A DNA stretch of 64,000 nucleotides from Eledone cirrhosa. Lineage: Eukaryota. Positions 61,901-64,000 of the stretch are shown here, piece after piece (position 1 is the first letter of the stretch; each line of letters opens with the position of its first letter). The stretch lies in assembly GCA_964016885.1 (NCBI GenBank), contig OZ024740.1, forward strand, positions 14,632,001 to 14,696,000. Reading direction: 5' to 3'. The notes beneath the pieces are model-generated. The model worked only from the letters and a program-made list of their open reading frames with translations. It was not told the DNA's origin and ran no database searches. The position numbers were made by a program, and so were the translations under genes.

Positions 61901-64000
61901 TTACTGTTGTTGTTACTGTTGTTGTTACTGTTGTTACTTTTGTTGTTACTGTTGTTGTTACTGCTGTTGTTACTGTTGTTGTTACTGCTGTTGTTACTGC
62001 TGTTGTTACTGTTGTTGTTACTGTTGTTGTTACTGTTGTGGTTTCTGTTGTTGTTACTGTTGTTGTTACTGTTGTTGTTACTGTTGTTGTTACTGTTGTT
62101 GTTACTGTTGTTCTTACTGTTGTTGTTACTGTTGTTGTTACTGCTGTTGTTACTATTGTTGTTACTGTTGTGGTTTCTGTCGTTGTTACTGTTGTTGTTA
62201 CTGTTGTTTTTACTGTTGTTGTTACTGTTGTTGTTACTGTTGTTGTTACTGCTGATGTTACTGCTGTTGTTACTGTTGTTGTTACTGTTGTTGTTACTGC
62301 TGTTGTTACTGCTGTTGTTACTGTTGTTGTTACTGTTGTGTTACTGTTGTTGTTACTGCTGTTGTTACTGTTGTTGTTACTGCTGTTGTTACTGCTGTTG
62401 TTACTGTTGTTGTTACTGTTGTTGTTACTGCTGTTGTTACTGCTGTTGTTACTGTTGTTGTTACTGTTGTTGTTACTGCTGTTGTTACTGCTGTTGTTAC
62501 TGTTGTTGTTACTGTTGTTCTTACTGTTGTTGTTACTGTTGTTGTTACTGTTGTTACTGTTGTTGTTACTGTTGTTGTTACTGCTGTTGTTACTGTTGTT
62601 GTTACTGCTGTTGTTACTGCTGTTGTTACTGTTGTTGTTACTGTTGTTGTTACTGTTGTGGTTTCTGTTGTTGTTACTGTTGTTGTTACTGTTGTTGTTA
62701 CTGTTGTTGTTACTGTTGTTGTTACTGTTGTTCTAACTGTTGTTGTTACTGTTGTTGTTACTGTTGTTACTGTTGTTGTTACTGTTGTTGTTACTGCTGT
62801 TGTTACTGTTGTTGTTACTGCTGTTGTTACTGCTGTTGTTACTGTTGTTGTTACTGTTGTTGTTACTGTTTTGGTTTCTGTTGTTGTTACTGTTGTTGTT
62901 ACTGTTGTTGTTACTGTTGTTGTTACTGTTGTTGTTACTGTTGTCCTTACTGTTGTTGTTACTGTTGTTGTTACTGCTGTTGTTACTGTTGTTGTTACTG
63001 TTGTTGTTACTGTTGTGGTTTCTGTTGTTGTTACTGTTGTTGTTACTGTTGTTGTTACTGTTGTTGTTACTGTTGTTGTTACTGTTGTTGTTAATGCTGT
63101 TGTTACTGTTGTTGTTACTGTTGTTGTTACTGCTGTTGTTACTGTTGTTGTTACTGTTGTTGTTACTGCTGTTGTTACTGCTGTTGTTACTGTTGTTGTT
63201 ACTGTTGTTGTTACTGCTGTTGTTACTGCTGTTGTTACTGTTGTTGTTACTGTTGTTGTTACTGTTGTTGTTACTGCTGTTTTTACTGTTGTTGTTACTG
63301 TTGTTGTTACTGCTGTTGTTACTGTTGTTGTTACTGTTGTTGTTACTGTTGTTGTTACTGCTGTTACTGTTGTTGTTACTCTTGTTACTACTGTTGTTGT
63401 TACTGTTTTGGTTTCTGTTGTTGTTACTGTTGTTGTTACTGTTGTTGTTACTGTTGTTGTTACTGTTGTCCTTACTGTTGTTGTTACTGTTGTTGTTACT
63501 GCTGTTGTTACTGTTGTTGTTACTGTTGTTGTTACTGTTGTTGTTACTGTTGTTGTTACTGCTGTTTTTACTGTTGTTGTTACTGTTGTTGTTACTGCTG
63601 TTGTTACTGCTGTTGTTACTGTTGTTGTTACTGTTGTTGTTACTGCTGTTGTTACTGCTGTTGTTACTGTTGTTGTTACTGTTGTTGTTACTGTTGTTGT
63701 TACTGCTGTTGTTACTGTTGTTGTTACTGTTGTTGTTACTGCTGTTGTTACTGCTGTTTTTACTGTTGTTGTTACTGTTGTTGTTACTGTTGTTGTTGCT
63801 GTTGTTGTTACTGTTGTTGTTACTGTTGTTGTTACTGTTGTTGTTACTGTTGTTGTTACTGTTGTTACTGCTGTTGTTACTGTTGTTGTTACTGTTGTTG
63901 TTACTGTTGTTGTTACTGTTGTTGTTGCTGTTGTTGTTACTGTTGTTGTTACTGTTGTTGTTACTGTTGTTGTTACTGTTGTTGTTACTGCTGTTGTTAC

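Larger units (their letters stand above)
1..64000. repeat. Simple-sequence satellite/minisatellite array, consensus 12-mer GTTGTTGTTACT (revcomp AGTAACAACAAC), head-to-tail, single orientation, extending beyond both window edges
   Basis: Every line consists of (GTT)2-3 ACT units or variants differing by one to a few bases. I saw no unique spacer or inverted segment. The consensus composition is T7 G3 A1 C1, an extreme strand skew with about 33% GC. Confidence 0.99.

Noticed and set aside
118-62736. Giant VVVT ORFs (e.g. 45973..62736, 5,587 aa; 22252..32934)
   Set aside because: These are the stop-free frame of the repeat. They slide into poly-Leu or CCCY at inherited frameshifts and have no unique N- or C-terminal sequence.
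2-63094. Poly-Leu ORFs on the plus strand (dozens, up to about 1,000 aa)
   Set aside because: They are a by-product of TTG/TTA/CTG in the repeat. Starts are arbitrary TTG codons, there are no domains, and a homopolymeric hydrophobic product is implausible.
1-64000. CRISPR array
   Set aside because: There are no unique spacers between repeats, and no leader or cas genes.
1-64000. Telomerase-synthesised telomeric tract or G-quadruplex array
   Set aside because: The strand is G/T-rich, but the consensus has no GG runs. Variants are propagated in kb-scale duplicated blocks, which indicates recombinational amplification rather than templated addition. A subtelomeric location is not excluded.
1-64000. 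Pure sequencing artefact (low-complexity basecaller noise)
   Set aside because: Rare variants recur in the same order at exact multi-kb offsets and form diverged sub-lineages, which random error would not produce. Copy number of individual blocks could still be misassembled.
1-64000. Transposon, rRNA, tRNA, hairpin/terminator or inversion within the array
   Set aside because: I saw no non-repeat sequence and no AAC-rich (inverted) segment on the plus strand, so there is nothing to form long inverted repeats or encode such elements.

Overview
The whole 64 kb window is one uninterrupted, single-orientation simple-sequence tandem array (satellite-like DNA) with no unique sequence, and it runs off both edges. 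The consensus monomer is the 12-mer GTTGTTGTTACT (minus strand AGTAACAACAAC), roughly 5,300-5,500 copies by window length divided by monomer length. The main variants are GCTGTTGTTACT, the 9-mers GTTGTTACT and GCTGTTACT, and GTTGTGGTTTCT. I cannot support any gene, RNA gene, mobile element or CRISPR array. The giant poly-Leu, VVVT, TTTV and CCCY ORFs are what a stop-poor triplet-based repeat produces, and they are broken by frameshifts and stops that are copied between repeat units. The real information is in the rare monomer variants, which show a nested higher-order structure. This includes an apparently perfect 11,896-bp tandem duplication (about 5245-17151 and 17141-29047), 5,348-bp and 2,592-bp duplications, modules of about 2.0-2.2 kb, short 96-501-bp duplications, a recurrent landmark cassette of about 200 bp, and a traceable genealogy of monomer variants. 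The organism and function (centromeric or pericentromeric satellite, giant intron, or decayed mucin-like exon) cannot be determined from this window. All coordinates were read by eye, and breakpoints are ambiguous by at least one monomer.
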